Of a stretch of DNA of 40,753 nucleotides, positions 7,010 through 15,604 are shown piece by piece. The notes beneath the pieces were generated by a model. The model had not been told where the DNA came from and did no database searches. It was given only the letters and a program-made list of their open reading frames with translations. Numbering within the stretch: position 1 is the stretch's first letter; each line of letters starts with the position of its first letter. Position numbers and translations under genes: made by a program. Origin of the DNA: a virus (taxonomy: Duplodnaviria; Caudoviricetes); IMG/VR virus record IMGVR_UViG_3300038393_001217, positions 1 through 40,753 of that record; one strand, given 5' to 3'.

Positions 7010-7440
7010 GCGGCGGCCTCGGACCGGAGGTTGTTGGCCTCCGATCCGCCCTGGCCGTCGATAACTTGAGGCTCTGACCACTCGACGCCGTTACGCGCTC
7101 CGAAGGCGTAGGCGACTTCGATCAGGTCCGAGAATTCGGCTTTGGTCAGCTCCGAAGTGCGAAAGCCGACCGGAACCATGCCGCCGTCCTCGGCCGGCAT
7201 CCACCGCCCGCCGCGCAGCTGATGCATGAGGAAATCCTTCCAGTCCTCGGGCGGGTATTTCTGGCCGTGCCAGGTCAGCTGAAGGCTGATGTCGGTGAGC
7301 ATCGGCCAGAGCTTGGAGTTTTGCTCCGAGGTCCGTTTGTTCTCGCGGAACTCGACGATCATGCCCACGGGGGCCTTCGCCAGCCAGGCGTGAAGCTTGG
7401 CGCGCGTCTTGTCGTAGATCAGGAACGTCCAGCGGCTCAT
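7006..7440 (-). CDS. ninB: NinB/Orf-family recombination protein
   Basis: KRTSEQNSKLWPMLTDISLQLTWHG...EDWKD...RTSELTKAEFSDLIE...FGARNGVEWS matches the NinB pattern. Confidence 0.8.
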   Translation of the reverse strand: MSRWTFLIYDKTRAKLHAWLAKAPVGMIVEFRENKRTSEQNSKLWPMLTDISLQLTWHGQKYPPEDWKDFLMHQLRGGRWMPAEDGGMVPVGFRTSELTKAEFSDLIEVAYAFGARNGVEWSEPQVIDGQGGSEANNLRSEAAA

Positions 7441-7703
7441 GCTTGCATCGTCGCGGCAAAGGCCGCGTCCAGTTCGGCGTGATGGAGGCCAGCTAGAAGC
7501 TCGTCTTCGCGAGCCTCGCAGGCGTCGCGCAGGGACAAGCACCAGACCTCCGGGTAATCTCGGTGGCGGGTGAGCACGAAGTTGGCCCACCACGCCCAGA
7601 CGGCCTCGACGGTCCCACAGTCCGCTATCTCGCCGAGCATCGAGGCCCATGCGGGACCCTGCTTGAGTGCGTACGCGGTCTGTGGACGCCAGACCTTCAT
7701 CAC
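7437..7703 (-). CDS. Hypothetical protein
   Basis: ORF track; ATGA-coupled. Confidence 0.6.
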   Translation of the reverse strand: MMKVWRPQTAYALKQGPAWASMLGEIADCGTVEAVWAWWANFVLTRHRDYPEVWCLSLRDACEAREDELLAGLHHAELDAAFAATMQA

Positions 7704-8356
7704 CAGATCGATCGGCAGGTGATGAACGGAATTTCGTCGTCCAGATCGGCCGGGAAGTGTTCCTGCCCGCCGCCGCCCCGCTCGCTCGGCCGAGGCGCGG
7801 TCTGACCGGTTCGCGCCTTGTATTCGGGCGAGGTGGCGATCTGCGCCTTGAGCTTGTCGGAAAGCCCGTCGTAGATGCCCACCGAGAATTCGCCTTCGTC
7901 CAGAGAGAAATGGATCAGTGGGTGGTGGATGTCAGGCGCCGGCGTGCCCTTCGGGAGGGCCATGATCGCCGCGAGGTTGGCGTAGACGTTGCCGCCATTC
8001 TCCGAGTGGACGACCTGGATTTGGCAGGGCTTGCCGAGCACGTTCTTGAGGTCGAAGCCTCGCAGTTCGTCATCGGTGAAGCGCCGTCCGCGCCAAGCCT
8101 CCAGGTGCTTGCGCAGATTGGCCTTGTCGGACAGGCTGGCGGTGTAGCGCTGCATGATGAGCGCGGGCCGCTTCTCGCCTTCGTACTCCACGATTTCGTC
8201 CGGCACCTCCCAGACCAGCAGCACCTTGCGCTGCAGCTTGTCGGCGCCCTGGAAAGAGGTGATCTGCGTTCCGAGGTCGATGATGCGGACGCAGGTTGCG
8301 AGGTAAGCGCCCTCGGGGATGGGCTTGAAGTCGCCCCCGCTGGATGACACGATCAT
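7700..8356 (-). CDS. Phage single-stranded DNA-binding-like protein
   Basis: GDFKPIPEGAYLATCVRIIDLGTQ N-terminus, LGKPCQIQV and an acidic DDEIPF C-terminal motif. Confidence 0.7.
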   Translation of the reverse strand: MIVSSSGGDFKPIPEGAYLATCVRIIDLGTQITSFQGADKLQRKVLLVWEVPDEIVEYEGEKRPALIMQRYTASLSDKANLRKHLEAWRGRRFTDDELRGFDLKNVLGKPCQIQVVHSENGGNVYANLAAIMALPKGTPAPDIHHPLIHFSLDEGEFSVGIYDGLSDKLKAQIATSPEYKARTGQTAPRPSERGGGGQEHFPADLDDEIPFITCRSIW

Positions 8357-8574
8357 GCTGCTTCTCCGATGTTGTTTAGGGCTTCCCGGCGCGTCTCGCG
8401 CTCGGCCTTGTTGATGGCCTCGACCGCGGCGTGCAGCGCCCAGTAGACGAGGCCGAGGGCCTTGCGGGCGCTGTCGAGGTCGTTTGGCAGGGTGGCGTCG
8501 TGGGCCTTGCGGGCGACGTCACGGATGGCCGCGGACACGGCGTCGGCGCGGTCGGGGGAAAGGGGGATGCTCAT
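8353..8574 (-). CDS. Hypothetical protein
   Basis: ORF track; coupled. Confidence 0.6.
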   Translation of the reverse strand: MSIPLSPDRADAVSAAIRDVARKAHDATLPNDLDSARKALGLVYWALHAAVEAINKAERETRREALNNIGEAA

Positions 8575-8750
8575 CGCGAGCGCTCCATCAGTTCCTCGAC
8601 GCTGAACCAGCGGAACATGTCGGGATCCGGTCTCGGGTCCTTCGGCACGAGCGCGAACTCAGGCCGCTTCCTGGCGACCTTCTCCCGCTCTGCAGCCCAT
8701 TCATCGTGGGGGGTGAGGACGCGGGGTTTGAAGAGGAGGAGTTTCAGCAT
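8571..8750 (-). CDS. Hypothetical protein
   Basis: MLKLLLFKPRV... with a GGAGG RBS. Confidence 0.5.
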   Translation of the reverse strand: MLKLLLFKPRVLTPHDEWAAEREKVARKRPEFALVPKDPRPDPDMFRWFSVEELMERSR

Positions 8751-8836
8751 CCGAGCCTCCAGAGGAACACGCACACGGCAGCGACGATGGCGGCCGTCCA
8801 GATGAAGCGGTTGAAGGTTTGTGCGACGGGGGTCAT
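8744..8836 (-). CDS. 30-aa membrane peptide
   Basis: Own translation: MTPVAQTFNRFIWTAAIVAAVCVFLWRLGC; fills the gap between coupled genes. Confidence 0.45.
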   Translation of the reverse strand: MTPVAQTFNRFIWTAAIVAAVCVFLWRLGC

Positions 8837-9411
8837 GCCGCCTCGGATTGCTCGCCCGGCGGCAGATCGAGGGCCGCGGTCAGGGCCGAAATCTGGACCG
8901 CCGGGACGTTCGCCGCGTACTCCGGGCGGGTGCGCCAGCGGGCGGTGATGAAGGCGTCGGCCTCTGGCCAGCCGCGCTGGAGATCGTCAAAAGTGCGGAA
9001 AGCAGCCAGCGTACCGGCGACCTGGGACGCCAACTTCCGCCGCTCCGACCGCGCCTTCTCCTTACGCTCGGCCCAATCCATGATCCGGGCGCCCATCGGG
9101 TCGGCGTCCGAGACGCTCAGCATCTCGTTGTACGCATTGCGGTGCGTATAGAAGACGAGCAACGGACCGCTGGTCGGCAGCGCCACGCGCTTACCGTCAA
9201 CCACCACTGAGAGGCCGTGTTCACGCGGAAACGCGCCCGCAGGAGCGCCGTCGATTACGCGGACGAAGTCGCCGTACGCGCGCGCCCGAACCTTGAGCGC
9301 CAAGGCCTCACCTTCAGACTTCAGGGACGCCTCAATCGGCCCGAATTTTTGCTCGATGATTGCATTTTGGATCGCATCTCGGTCGTCGTTGCGCAGGCGG
9401 GTCTTGGCCAT
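8833..9411 (-). CDS. Nmad5-like (nucleotide-modification-associated domain 5) protein
   Basis: RLRNDDRDAI N-terminus and TLAAFRTFDDLQRGWPEA motif resemble the Nmad5 family; GAGGAG RBS. Confidence 0.55.
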   Translation of the reverse strand: MAKTRLRNDDRDAIQNAIIEQKFGPIEASLKSEGEALALKVRARAYGDFVRVIDGAPAGAFPREHGLSVVVDGKRVALPTSGPLLVFYTHRNAYNEMLSVSDADPMGARIMDWAERKEKARSERRKLASQVAGTLAAFRTFDDLQRGWPEADAFITARWRTRPEYAANVPAVQISALTAALDLPPGEQSEAA

Positions 9412-9436
9412 GGTTGACTCCTCGTGAGGGTGGTGA

Positions 9437-9697
9437 TCAGGCGACGGGCCGGTTGCCCGGCAAACACTCCAGCGCATTCAGGCTCATCAAAGCCGAGGCG
9501 CATCGCGCGGCGTTGGATAGGGTCCTGAACTCGGCGTAGACCTTGCCGAGGAGCCACACGCGGTAGCCGTCCAGGCCCGGTGTGATCTCCACGCGGGCTT
9601 GGTCCTCAGAAGGCTCAGGGAAGCCGTGACGGCCTGCGGAGCTCTGCTCGATTACCCGAAGCGCGGGGCGGGCGGGGAAGGGGTAGGGCACCGACAT
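9437..9697 (-). CDS. Hypothetical protein
   Basis: ORF track; TGATG coupling. Confidence 0.55.
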   Translation of the reverse strand: MSVPYPFPARPALRVIEQSSAGRHGFPEPSEDQARVEITPGLDGYRVWLLGKVYAEFRTLSNAARCASALMSLNALECLPGNRPVA

Positions 9698-10092
9698 CAG
9701 CGGCCCTCCCGCAGGCAGACCTTGCCGTCATCGGCGAGGTAGGGGGTTTGGGGCGGGAACGGGCGTGGCCGATCCCGGTATTCCCCGCGTTGGCGCGCCT
9801 GCCAAACCTCCCGGCCGATATCAGCGCGGTCCTGATAGCCCCATCCAGCGACCTCACAGTCCCGCAGGATCAGCGCGAGGGTTTCGGGGGCGAGGTCGGA
9901 GAAGCCGGCATAGTTGCGATCTTCACGCACGAGGCGGTGGCTCGCGAACATCGCCTCCACGTACCCTTGCGCGAAGGGGGAGAGGTCGGACCAGCGGTAG
10001 CTGAGCGCGATGCCGTCCGGCTCGACGGTCATCTCGATGATGGCGGGGAAGGTCACGTCGCCCGACGTATCCAAGGTGAACCCGGCCATCAC
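9697..10092 (-). CDS. Hypothetical protein
   Basis: WSDLSPFAQGYVEAMF...GFSDLAPETL; operon context. Confidence 0.65.
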   Translation of the reverse strand: MMAGFTLDTSGDVTFPAIIEMTVEPDGIALSYRWSDLSPFAQGYVEAMFASHRLVREDRNYAGFSDLAPETLALILRDCEVAGWGYQDRADIGREVWQARQRGEYRDRPRPFPPQTPYLADDGKVCLREGR

Positions 10093-10319
10093 GCGCCCTC
10101 AACCTCGGCGGGGGGCGTCCAGCCAAGCGCCTTGAGGGCGCCAATGGCATCGAACACCGCGCCCTTTTCGGTAGCGCCGAGCAGGACAAGGACGAAGGCC
10201 TTGCCCTTGGGCGCCTTGTAGCCGAAGCGGGCAAGCTCCTTGCCGTCATCCTCAAAGAACTGAGCGTTGAAACTGCTGGTCAGAACGACCGAGCCGGGGC
10301 CGAGACTTTCCATGATCAC
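10089..10319 (-). CDS. Hypothetical protein
   Basis: ORF track; GTGA coupling. Confidence 0.55.
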   Translation of the reverse strand: MIMESLGPGSVVLTSSFNAQFFEDDGKELARFGYKAPKGKAFVLVLLGATEKGAVFDAIGALKALGWTPPAEVEGA

Positions 10320-10666
10320 GCCGCCCTCGCCGTCGCCGTCGCGAACACCGCCGCGATCTCCTCAGCCCATCCCTCACCGCCCAGAGCCCGGATCGCAGAG
10401 GCCAGATCGGCGAAGTCCTGGGTGGTGGTCTCGTAGGCCGTGCGCGAGCCGTCGCGGTCGTGGAACTCGCGGACGGTCTCGACGGTGAAGGCCCCATCCA
10501 AGGCCCGCAGGCGTCGGGTGATCAGGGCGCCGTGCTCGTCACGGACACGGTCGCGGACCACGGCCAGGCCGGGGTAGGTCTCCAGCGACAGGCGCGGCGC
10601 GAACGAAAGGTTCGGACCGATGCCGTTGGCCAGGCGGGTGAGGGAGGTGGTGAGGGGAGAGGGCAT
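10316..10666 (-). CDS. Hypothetical protein, first gene of the PL operon
   Basis: GGAG RBS just downstream of PL. Confidence 0.65.
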   Translation of the reverse strand: MPSPLTTSLTRLANGIGPNLSFAPRLSLETYPGLAVVRDRVRDEHGALITRRLRALDGAFTVETVREFHDRDGSRTAYETTTQDFADLASAIRALGGEGWAEEIAAVFATATARAA

Positions 10667-10689
10667 CAGGTGATCTCCGTGTTGAGATC

Positions 10690-10741
10690 ACCTTATGTCG
10701 GAGAAATCCGACCGTCAACAACAAAGTCGGAGAAATCCGAC
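10690..10741 (-). promoter_or_regulatory. PL promoter with two repressor operators
   Basis: Minus strand TTGACG-N17-TAAGGT; identical GTCGGAGAAATCCGAC palindromes at 10697-10712 and 10726-10741. Confidence 0.85.
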
Positions 10742-11160
10742 TACTCCGCGGGGTCCCCGGCGAATCCGCGGATAATCCACCCGAAGAGCCAGCCCGTTAT
10801 CGCAAGGGGCAGGAAGAGGCACGCCGCGAACACGAGGCCGGGGCGAGCCGAACTGAAAATCGTGGACAGTGAATAGCGAAGCGGCGCCGAATCGACGTCG
10901 ATCGGATCTCCGAAGTCGTAAGCCTTCCATGGCGCTCGAGGACCAGGCGGATGCGCGGTCCAGTAGGCCTCCGCCAATCTGGTCGCCTGCGCCTCCGAAT
11001 AGGCGGCCACCCTATAGGTGTAGCCGTCGTGGAAGATGTTGAACGTCTCCCGAGGATCGGGCGTCCCAGAGACGGTTATGCCGATCAGCGAGATCGCGCC
11101 GACCCAGTAGAGCGCGCCAAGGCTCAGGCCTACGCGCCGCAGCCCCTCCCGCAGCGCCAT
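10741..11160 (-). CDS. Two-TM membrane protein co-transcribed with cI
   Basis: Hydrophobic segments at both ends; TAATG coupling to the cI stop. Confidence 0.7.
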   Translation of the reverse strand: MALREGLRRVGLSLGALYWVGAISLIGITVSGTPDPRETFNIFHDGYTYRVAAYSEAQATRLAEAYWTAHPPGPRAPWKAYDFGDPIDVDSAPLRYSLSTIFSSARPGLVFAACLFLPLAITGWLFGWIIRGFAGDPAE

Positions 11161-11816
11161 TAGGCGGCCAACTTCCGGATGATCTGACGTGCCCGGTAAG
11201 GGGGGACGATAGCTTGGATGTGCGCGGCCCAGCGCAGACGCTTATTCTGCAGCAGTTCCGAGCCGATGCTCTCCAGGTCGTAAAGACCGCGGCGCTCGCC
11301 TCTTAGAAGGCGCTTCACCAAGACCTGATTGTCCTCGGTTTCGACGACGACCACTTGTCCCAGCATGTCGGGCGTCGGAGGCGACCGGACCTCTTCGTAG
11401 AAGATGAGCGAGCCCTCATCCGCAATGCCTGGCATCGATCCGCCGCGCACGTAAAGCGCCACCGAGCCGGGCGAGACGCCCTGGGGCATGATGGCAATGT
11501 CGTTGGGCGTGTCGCCGGTCGCGAACTGCACCCGGCCCTCGGTAGATGCTCCGACGTTTCCCCGAATCTGGATCACCGGGCCGACCTCGCCGCCAATGGC
11601 GGGATCATAGTCGGCGTCCACGAGATATTGGACGCTGCAACCCAGCTCGCGAGCAAGCGGCTGAATCACCTCGATCCCGATGCTCTCCTTATCGCCGTTC
11701 AGGAAGTTGGACAGATAGTCGCGGCCCTTGCCGATGGCCACTGACACGGGGACCCGTTTCTTACCTGTGGCGGTGAGTCGGTCGAGAATTCGGCTGCGAA
11801 GGGTATCGGCGTCCAT
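11160..11816 (-). CDS. cI: CI-like repressor (HTH + S24 peptidase)
   Basis: N-terminal HTH, VRGGSMPG (Ser) and VLVKRL (Lys); divergent from cro. Start placed at MDADTL, since the longer ORF runs through the operators. Confidence 0.9.
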   Translation of the reverse strand: MDADTLRSRILDRLTATGKKRVPVSVAIGKGRDYLSNFLNGDKESIGIEVIQPLARELGCSVQYLVDADYDPAIGGEVGPVIQIRGNVGASTEGRVQFATGDTPNDIAIMPQGVSPGSVALYVRGGSMPGIADEGSLIFYEEVRSPPTPDMLGQVVVVETEDNQVLVKRLLRGERRGLYDLESIGSELLQNKRLRWAAHIQAIVPPYRARQIIRKLAA

Positions 11817-11896
11817 GTCGGAAGTGTCCGACCGGATGCTCGAGGCGGCCAGAAGGATGTTTCCGATTGACGAAGTCGGAAATCTCCGACTATGAT
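11817..11896 (+). promoter_or_regulatory. OR region and PR promoter
   Basis: GTCGGA-N4-TCCGAC at 11817-11832 and 11875-11890, a degenerate site at 11852-11867, and TTGACG-N18-TATGAT. Confidence 0.85.
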
Positions 11897-11904
11897 CCAC
11901 ACCC

Positions 11905-12162
11905 ATGGAAGCCGAACTCCTGCAAAACCTACGTACTCTCGCCGACGCCTATGCGACGGCGACCGGGACGAAGCTCGTGACCGTGGCACAGCGAGCGCTC
12001 GGCGACTGGCGGTTCTTCGACCGGCTCGAGGAGAGCGAAAGGGCGTCCTTCACCATCCGGAAGTATGACGCGGCCGTCGCGTGGTTCGCCGACCGGTGGC
12101 CATCCGACGTGGAATGGCCCCAAACGGTCGCGCGTTCGCCAGCTAAGGACGCAGCGGCCTGA
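11905..12162 (+). CDS. Cro-like regulator
   Basis: Small HTH-like protein divergent from cI, directly after PR. Confidence 0.75.
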   Translation: MEAELLQNLRTLADAYATATGTKLVTVAQRALGDWRFFDRLEESERASFTIRKYDAAVAWFADRWPSDVEWPQTVARSPAKDAAA

Positions 12163-12595
12163 CAATGACCGCGTGGGCCGACAACTTCCAATCGGTCAAC
12201 CGCTGCAACACCCGCGGGCACCGTCCGCACGCCGTGCACTTGGCCGACAGGAACCGCCGCGTCACGTCGGCTTGGTTCAGGACTTCGCGCCGCCCATCCG
12301 GTGGCCCGATACGCTTCATGGTCGCCTTGACCTCGCGCCGACAGGCCTTCCGCTTGACCTTCACGGGCGGCGCCGACTGGTCGTTGGCCGCCACATATGA
12401 CGCGGCCAGAAACCCTGGCTCGTACTCGAACTCGCTCAACACCGACGCTCGCTCCACGCAACTGATTGTGGATGCTTGCGCTGGGTTGCCGTGGCGTCCG
12501 GCAACGGACGGCCTGCTCATTCTGGGCGGAAGTCGGGTGGGCGACGGATCGTCCCACAAGGTACTCATGTGGAACGGGAAATCGGACAGGGACAT
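12143..12595 (-). CDS. Hypothetical protein (CxxCxxC), start uncertain
   Basis: AANDQ and KCTACGRC motifs; antisense to the PR operon. Confidence 0.35.
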   Translation of the reverse strand: MSLSDFPFHMSTLWDDPSPTRLPPRMSRPSVAGRHGNPAQASTISCVERASVLSEFEYEPGFLAASYVAANDQSAPPVKVKRKACRREVKATMKRIGPPDGRREVLNQADVTRRFLSAKCTACGRCPRVLQRLTDWKLSAHAVIVRPLRP

Positions 12596-12625
12596 ACCCG
12601 TCAGCCAATGGCGTCGTGGTTACCA

Positions 12626-12883
12626 TCAGGTTTTCGCCGATCGCAACTCTTGCGCGATCTTGGCCACCCAGGCGCTGGCCTGCTGCGAGGCCTGCGAGGT
12701 CGGCCTTTGCCCCACCAGGGGCACGACCCGCGGCGAGGCTCTGTGTTCATCCGCCCGGCGCTCCAAGGCGTCGAGGAACCGCCGTCCCCGCCCGTCCTCC
12801 AGGGCCTCGGCTATGGCGAAAATCACGATGCCGAGCGCGATCCAGATCGGCTCGGGTCGGGGCATTCCATTGCCGTTGCGCAT
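12626..12883 (-). CDS. Hypothetical protein
   Basis: Protein-like composition with a hydrophobic helix; antisense block. Confidence 0.5.
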   Translation of the reverse strand: MRNGNGMPRPEPIWIALGIVIFAIAEALEDGRGRRFLDALERRADEHRASPRVVPLVGQRPTSQASQQASAWVAKIAQELRSAKT

Positions 12884-12890
12884 GGCTGGG

Positions 12891-13136
12891 TCACCAATTC
12901 ACCTTCGCTCGCGGCTCAGCCCCCCCACTGAGACCGACACCGCGAGCGGGCGGCGAGGATGGAAGGCGGATGATCTCTCCCCGTCCTCCGTCCTCGCCGC
13001 AGCGTTCGCAATATCGCGCGGCTGCTCGGAACAAGGCCGCCGCCGTTCTCGGATCTTCCATCAAGTACGCGAAGGCCTCGGCTCCACACCGGCCTGCGCT
13101 CTCAAGTGCGTCGTCTCGTCCAGACACCTCCTGCAT
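12891..13136 (-). CDS. Hypothetical protein
   Basis: GGAG upstream; tandem with 12626..12883. Confidence 0.4.
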   Translation of the reverse strand: MQEVSGRDDALESAGRCGAEAFAYLMEDPRTAAALFRAAARYCERCGEDGGRGEIIRLPSSPPARGVGLSGGAEPRAKVNW

Positions 13137-13168
13137 CGCTCTCGCTCCCGACTTGTCGAGGTGAATCC

Positions 13169-13576
13169 TTGACGGACATTTCGATGCAAAGCACTGAGCG
13201 CGATCTCAGCCAAATGCTCGGCGACTTCCTGCGCCGACGCACCTCCAGCGCCAAGGAACTGGCGCGTCTCATCGACTGTGACCCCCGCACGGCCGAAGGG
13301 TTCCGGGCTGGCCGCTATTGGCCCGGCGCCCGACACTGGAAGCTGATCGCGAGGGCTTTCGGCCGGGACATCCTGGCGGCAGTCTTTGAACCTGAAATCG
13401 ACGAGACGCTGGCGCGACTTCGGCGCGAAGAGCGCGAGCTGGAGGAGAGACTGCATGAAATTCGCGCGCGCCGGACCCAGGCTGCTGGCGGTCTGGATCT
13501 CGATCAGGAACGCCATGATGCGGGTTCTCATCGGTCGGCGCTAGATCGCGATCTGCCCTTTGAGGATCGCGTCTGA
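13169..13576 (+). CDS. HTH protein in CII position
   Basis: SAKELARLIDCDPRTAEGF HTH plus coiled coil; TTG start after GAGGTG (alternative ATG at 13184). Confidence 0.65.
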   Translation: MTDISMQSTERDLSQMLGDFLRRRTSSAKELARLIDCDPRTAEGFRAGRYWPGARHWKLIARAFGRDILAAVFEPEIDETLARLRREERELEERLHEIRARRTQAAGGLDLDQERHDAGSHRSALDRDLPFEDRV

Positions 13577-14106
13577 TGGCGCGCGAGATCACCCTGACGC
13601 GGGGCTACGCGGCCCTCGTCGATGATGAGGATTACGAGCGGCTCTCCGCGTTCAAGTGGCACGCGTTCTGCACCAAATCCGGTCGGGTATACGCTAAGAC
13701 CTCACAGCGTGACGAGACAGGGCGGTCTCGTGATCTTCTGATGCACCGTTTGGTGCTGGACGTCGGCCCAAGCCTCAAGGTCGATCACATCGAAGGCATC
13801 GGCCTCGATAACCGCCGCGCCAACCTCCGCCCCGCCACGCACCAACAGAACCTGTGCAACCGTCTTGGGGGCAACGGCGCATCGTCCTTTGTAGGCGTCG
13901 CGCGGTGCCGTGGTCGGTGGCGCGCGTACATCACGACCGACGGGCGACAGCATCATCTCGGTGTCTACGACACGCCCGAGGAGGCCGCTGCTGCGCGAGA
14001 CAGGGCCGCCCCGCTCCACCACGGCAGCTTCGCCACTCTGAACGCGGGGCGCGGCGCTCGAACGGTGGGCTCTGAGGAGACTCGGCGTTTGGCGGGAGGA
14101 GCCTGA
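13576..14106 (+). CDS. HNH-AP2 endonuclease
   Basis: ALVDDEDYE, MHRLVL, VDHIEGIGLDNRRANLR and an AP2 domain (WRAYI...HLGVYDTPEEAAAARD). Confidence 0.9.
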   Translation: MAREITLTRGYAALVDDEDYERLSAFKWHAFCTKSGRVYAKTSQRDETGRSRDLLMHRLVLDVGPSLKVDHIEGIGLDNRRANLRPATHQQNLCNRLGGNGASSFVGVARCRGRWRAYITTDGRQHHLGVYDTPEEAAAARDRAAPLHHGSFATLNAGRGARTVGSEETRRLAGGA

Positions 14107-14459
14107 TGCCGATCCGTCCGGAGAACAAGGCTCGCTACCCGAAGGACTGGAAGACAATCAGCCTTGAAGTTCGAGCGCGCGCGGGCTGGCGCTGCGAGGG
14201 CGCGCCGGGAATTTACGACGACTGCAGGGCTGAGAACGCCACGCCGCATCCGGTGACCGGTTCGCGCGTCGTGCTGACGGTCGCGCATCTCGATCATGTG
14301 CCGGAGAACTGCGGATCACCCGGCGACCGGCCGAACCTGCGCGCGCTCTGCCAGCGCTGCCACCTGACCTACGACGCCAAGCACCACGCGATGAATGCCG
14401 CGAACACCCGCCGCCGAAAGGCCGGGGTTCTGGACCTGTTCGACGCGCCCTTGGCCTGA
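14106..14459 (+). CDS. HNH-like zinc-binding protein
   Basis: MPIRPENKARYPKDW...VLTVAHLDH...NLRALCQRCH. Confidence 0.8.
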   Translation: MPIRPENKARYPKDWKTISLEVRARAGWRCEGAPGIYDDCRAENATPHPVTGSRVVLTVAHLDHVPENCGSPGDRPNLRALCQRCHLTYDAKHHAMNAANTRRRKAGVLDLFDAPLA

Positions 14460-14518
14460 CCACTACGGCATCCGGCCTGCCGCAAAGGCCGGGGGGACAA
14501 CAAAGCGGAGGGGCGACC

Positions 14519-14725
14519 ATGTTCGGCGCTTTCAGGACTCTACGCCACCACGTTGCACGGCAGCGCTTCAAGCGCCTGGTCGAGGGCTTCGACCAGAAGA
14601 TCGAAGCCGCTCGCCAGCATCATCAGCCGGTCAAGCACCTCCTCAAGGCCAAGTCGGACTACGTCCATCAGGCGCTTGAGCGGTCCGTCTCCTCGCGTTC
14701 CACCGGATGGCGGGGGGCGCGGTGA
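14519..14725 (+). CDS. Hypothetical protein
   Basis: GGAGG RBS; coupled to the next gene. Confidence 0.6.
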   Translation: MFGAFRTLRHHVARQRFKRLVEGFDQKIEAARQHHQPVKHLLKAKSDYVHQALERSVSSRSTGWRGAR

Positions 14726-15036
14726 TGGCCAAGTACGGCAACCGCAAAACCGTGATGGACGGCATCACATTCGCCAGCGCGAAGGAAGCCCGTCGGTACT
14801 CTGAATTGAAACTGCTGGAGCGGACGGGGTGGATCGCGGACCTCAAGGTCCAGCCGCGCTTTCCCATCACGGTGTGTGGGATCAAGGTTTGCACATACGT
14901 TGCAGATTTCCAGTACCGCGACCTGGGCGTGGATGCCCTGATTGTCGAGGATGTGAAGGGTTTCCGCACCCCCGAATACAAGCTCAAGGCCAAGCTGTTC
15001 CGCGCCGTCCACGGCTTCCCCGTGACGGAGGTTTAG
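14725..15036 (+). CDS. DUF1064-family PD-(D/E)XK nuclease (resolvase-like)
   Basis: KYGNRKTVMDGITFASAKEARRY...YVADFQY...VEDVKG...YKLKAKLF. Confidence 0.85.
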   Translation: MAKYGNRKTVMDGITFASAKEARRYSELKLLERTGWIADLKVQPRFPITVCGIKVCTYVADFQYRDLGVDALIVEDVKGFRTPEYKLKAKLFRAVHGFPVTEV

Positions 15037-15037
15037 C

Positions 15038-15604
15038 ATGAGCGTCAACATCGCCAACGCCCGCGGCGGCGAGTTCGCGACCTCCCGGAAAGGAGGGCTG
15101 GACGCTTACGAGGTGGCGTTTATCGCCCAGAAATTGGAGGCCGGCATTCCGGTCTCCGCCATCGCCAAGATGCTCGGCAGGCCGGTGCAGACTATCCGCG
15201 ACGGGCTGCCCCCGAAGTTCCGCGAGGCGTCGCGCCCTGAACGGGCAACGGCTGCGCCCGTTCAGCGTCAAGCCGTCACGGCGGACCAGGTGAAGTGGCG
15301 GCCCGCGCCGGATCGCGCCAAGGGGATCATTCGCGAGGTCTGCGACGCCTATTGCGTAACCTTTGGTGAAATCACCGGCGACAGCCGGGTGAGAGCCGTC
15401 GCCCACGCCAGGCATGACGCCTTCAACCGGTTGGCCGACGCGGGCTTTCTGCTCATCGACATCGGCCGCTTCTTCCGGCGCGACCACACAACCGTGATGG
15501 TCGGTATTCGGGCGCATGAGAAGCGCAAGGCGTCCGCTTTGGACGCCAAACCGACTCCGAAATCCACACGTCATCCACAACCGTCCACAGCCCCAAATCA
15601 CTGA
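15038..15604 (+). CDS. DnaA C-terminal (domain IV) HTH protein
   Basis: IIREVCDAYCVTFGEITGDSRVRAVAHARH...IGRFFRRDHTTV matches DnaA domain IV; a second N-terminal HTH (VSAIAKMLGRP). Confidence 0.8.
   Translation: MSVNIANARGGEFATSRKGGLDAYEVAFIAQKLEAGIPVSAIAKMLGRPVQTIRDGLPPKFREASRPERATAAPVQRQAVTADQVKWRPAPDRAKGIIREVCDAYCVTFGEITGDSRVRAVAHARHDAFNRLADAGFLLIDIGRFFRRDHTTVMVGIRAHEKRKASALDAKPTPKSTRHPQPSTAPNH

Noticed and set aside
11817-11906. N-terminal extension of CI in the ORF track
   Set aside because: It runs through the operators and PR; ATG 11816 is the more plausible, probably leaderless, start.
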